Source: Eledone cirrhosa
Lineage: Eukaryota
Assembly: GCA_964016885.1 (NCBI GenBank)
Contig: OZ024751.1
Span: 28,582,001-28,646,000 of the forward strand
DNA length: 64,000 nt
Reading direction: 5' to 3'
A model generated the notes under the pieces. It made no database searches and had not been told where the DNA came from. It saw only the letters and a program-made list of their open reading frames with translations. Position numbers and translations under genes: made by a program. This document shows positions 63,094-64,000 of this stretch, one piece after another; positions within the stretch are counted from its first letter, which is position 1; each line of letters opens with the position of its first letter.

Positions 63094-63149
<56 letters not shown>

Positions 63150-63228
63150 GATATACAAACATATATACATATATATATACATATATATATACGTTATACA
63201 CATATATATATATACGTTATATATACAA

Positions 63229-63259
<31 letters not shown>

Positions 63260-63345
63260 AACACATAGTGAGCCAAAAGTAAAGGTTGTAATAATCATAT
63301 TGAGCTATACGTTCTTAAAAAAGTGAACACACACACACTTGCACT

Positions 63346-63381
<36 letters not shown>

Positions 63382-63545
63382 CACATGAATGATTAAGATC
63401 ATTAAAACAAGTAAAAGGTATTTATTCACATCACTGATAAAGGAGTCAAGATGTCAACTGGTTGTGTTGTGTAGAAAGTGTATGTATTTGTGTGTGCATT
63501 ATATATATGTGTGTGTGTGTATACTTCCTTACAAACATAAACAAG

Positions 63546-63579
<34 letters not shown>

Positions 63580-63967
63580 CTATATACACAGATGTTCACA
63601 TGAATGTGTGTGAAAGATATATGTGTAGACATATATATACATATATACATCTACATATTCACACATGTTCACACGCATGTGTGCAAAAGATATATTCATA
63701 TACACACTTACGTGTGTTCGCAATACACAATATATGAGTTGAAAAAAATCATAAGAAACACCCAATGCAGTATTTTCTTAGCCTGTTATAAAAGAAACAG
63801 CCAGAAAAATGGTAACAACAGATACCATTTCAATCAGCCAACACTATATGGTCCCTTCCTTTCTCTCACACCTACCTACTCCCCAAAATCTAAACCTCAG
63901 ACTTGTCAAAAGATGAAATTTTAATAAAGATGATTTAGTAGTCATCATATCTGTGGAGTGACATACA

Positions 63968-64000
63968 TGGCCTAGTGGTTAGAGTGTTGAACTCATAATT
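63968..64000 (+). mobile_element. Start of a tRNA-derived SINE, cut by the window end
   Basis: TGGCCTAGTGGTTAGAGTGTTG matches the SINE head at 27050. Confidence 0.5.

Overview
Eukaryotic, AT-rich, extremely microsatellite-dense DNA, probably intronic or intergenic. The SINE/LINE complement and (TA)n/(CAT)n/(AAT)n/(ATAG)n load suggest a cephalopod such as Octopus (inference). No host protein-coding gene can be supported, and almost all ORF-track entries are translations of simple repeats. Supported content: (1) an apparently intact ~6.0 kb Tx1-like (L1-group) non-LTR retrotransposon on the minus strand (28509-34532; ORF1 with a CCHC knuckle, ORF2 with APE, RT and Zn finger), plus seven truncated relatives, most bounded by (ATT)n or (ATCT)n tracts; (2) a tRNA-like SINE family that shares the Tx1 3' end and the (ATT)n context; (3) RTE-like and CR1-like LINE fragments and a CORE-like SINE with an RTE-derived tail, embedded in (TA)n; (4) a full-length but disrupted DD37D (maT-type) Tc1/mariner transposon and small MITEs; (5) a set of short, often fold-back elements in (TA)n tracts. 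The elements in (5) carry minimal type I hammerhead ribozyme motifs followed by a conserved bulged hairpin (ACUC-stem-UU-GAGURC) shared by otherwise unrelated sequence families, which points to Penelope-like or retrozyme-like termini. All base-pairing and alignments were done by eye.
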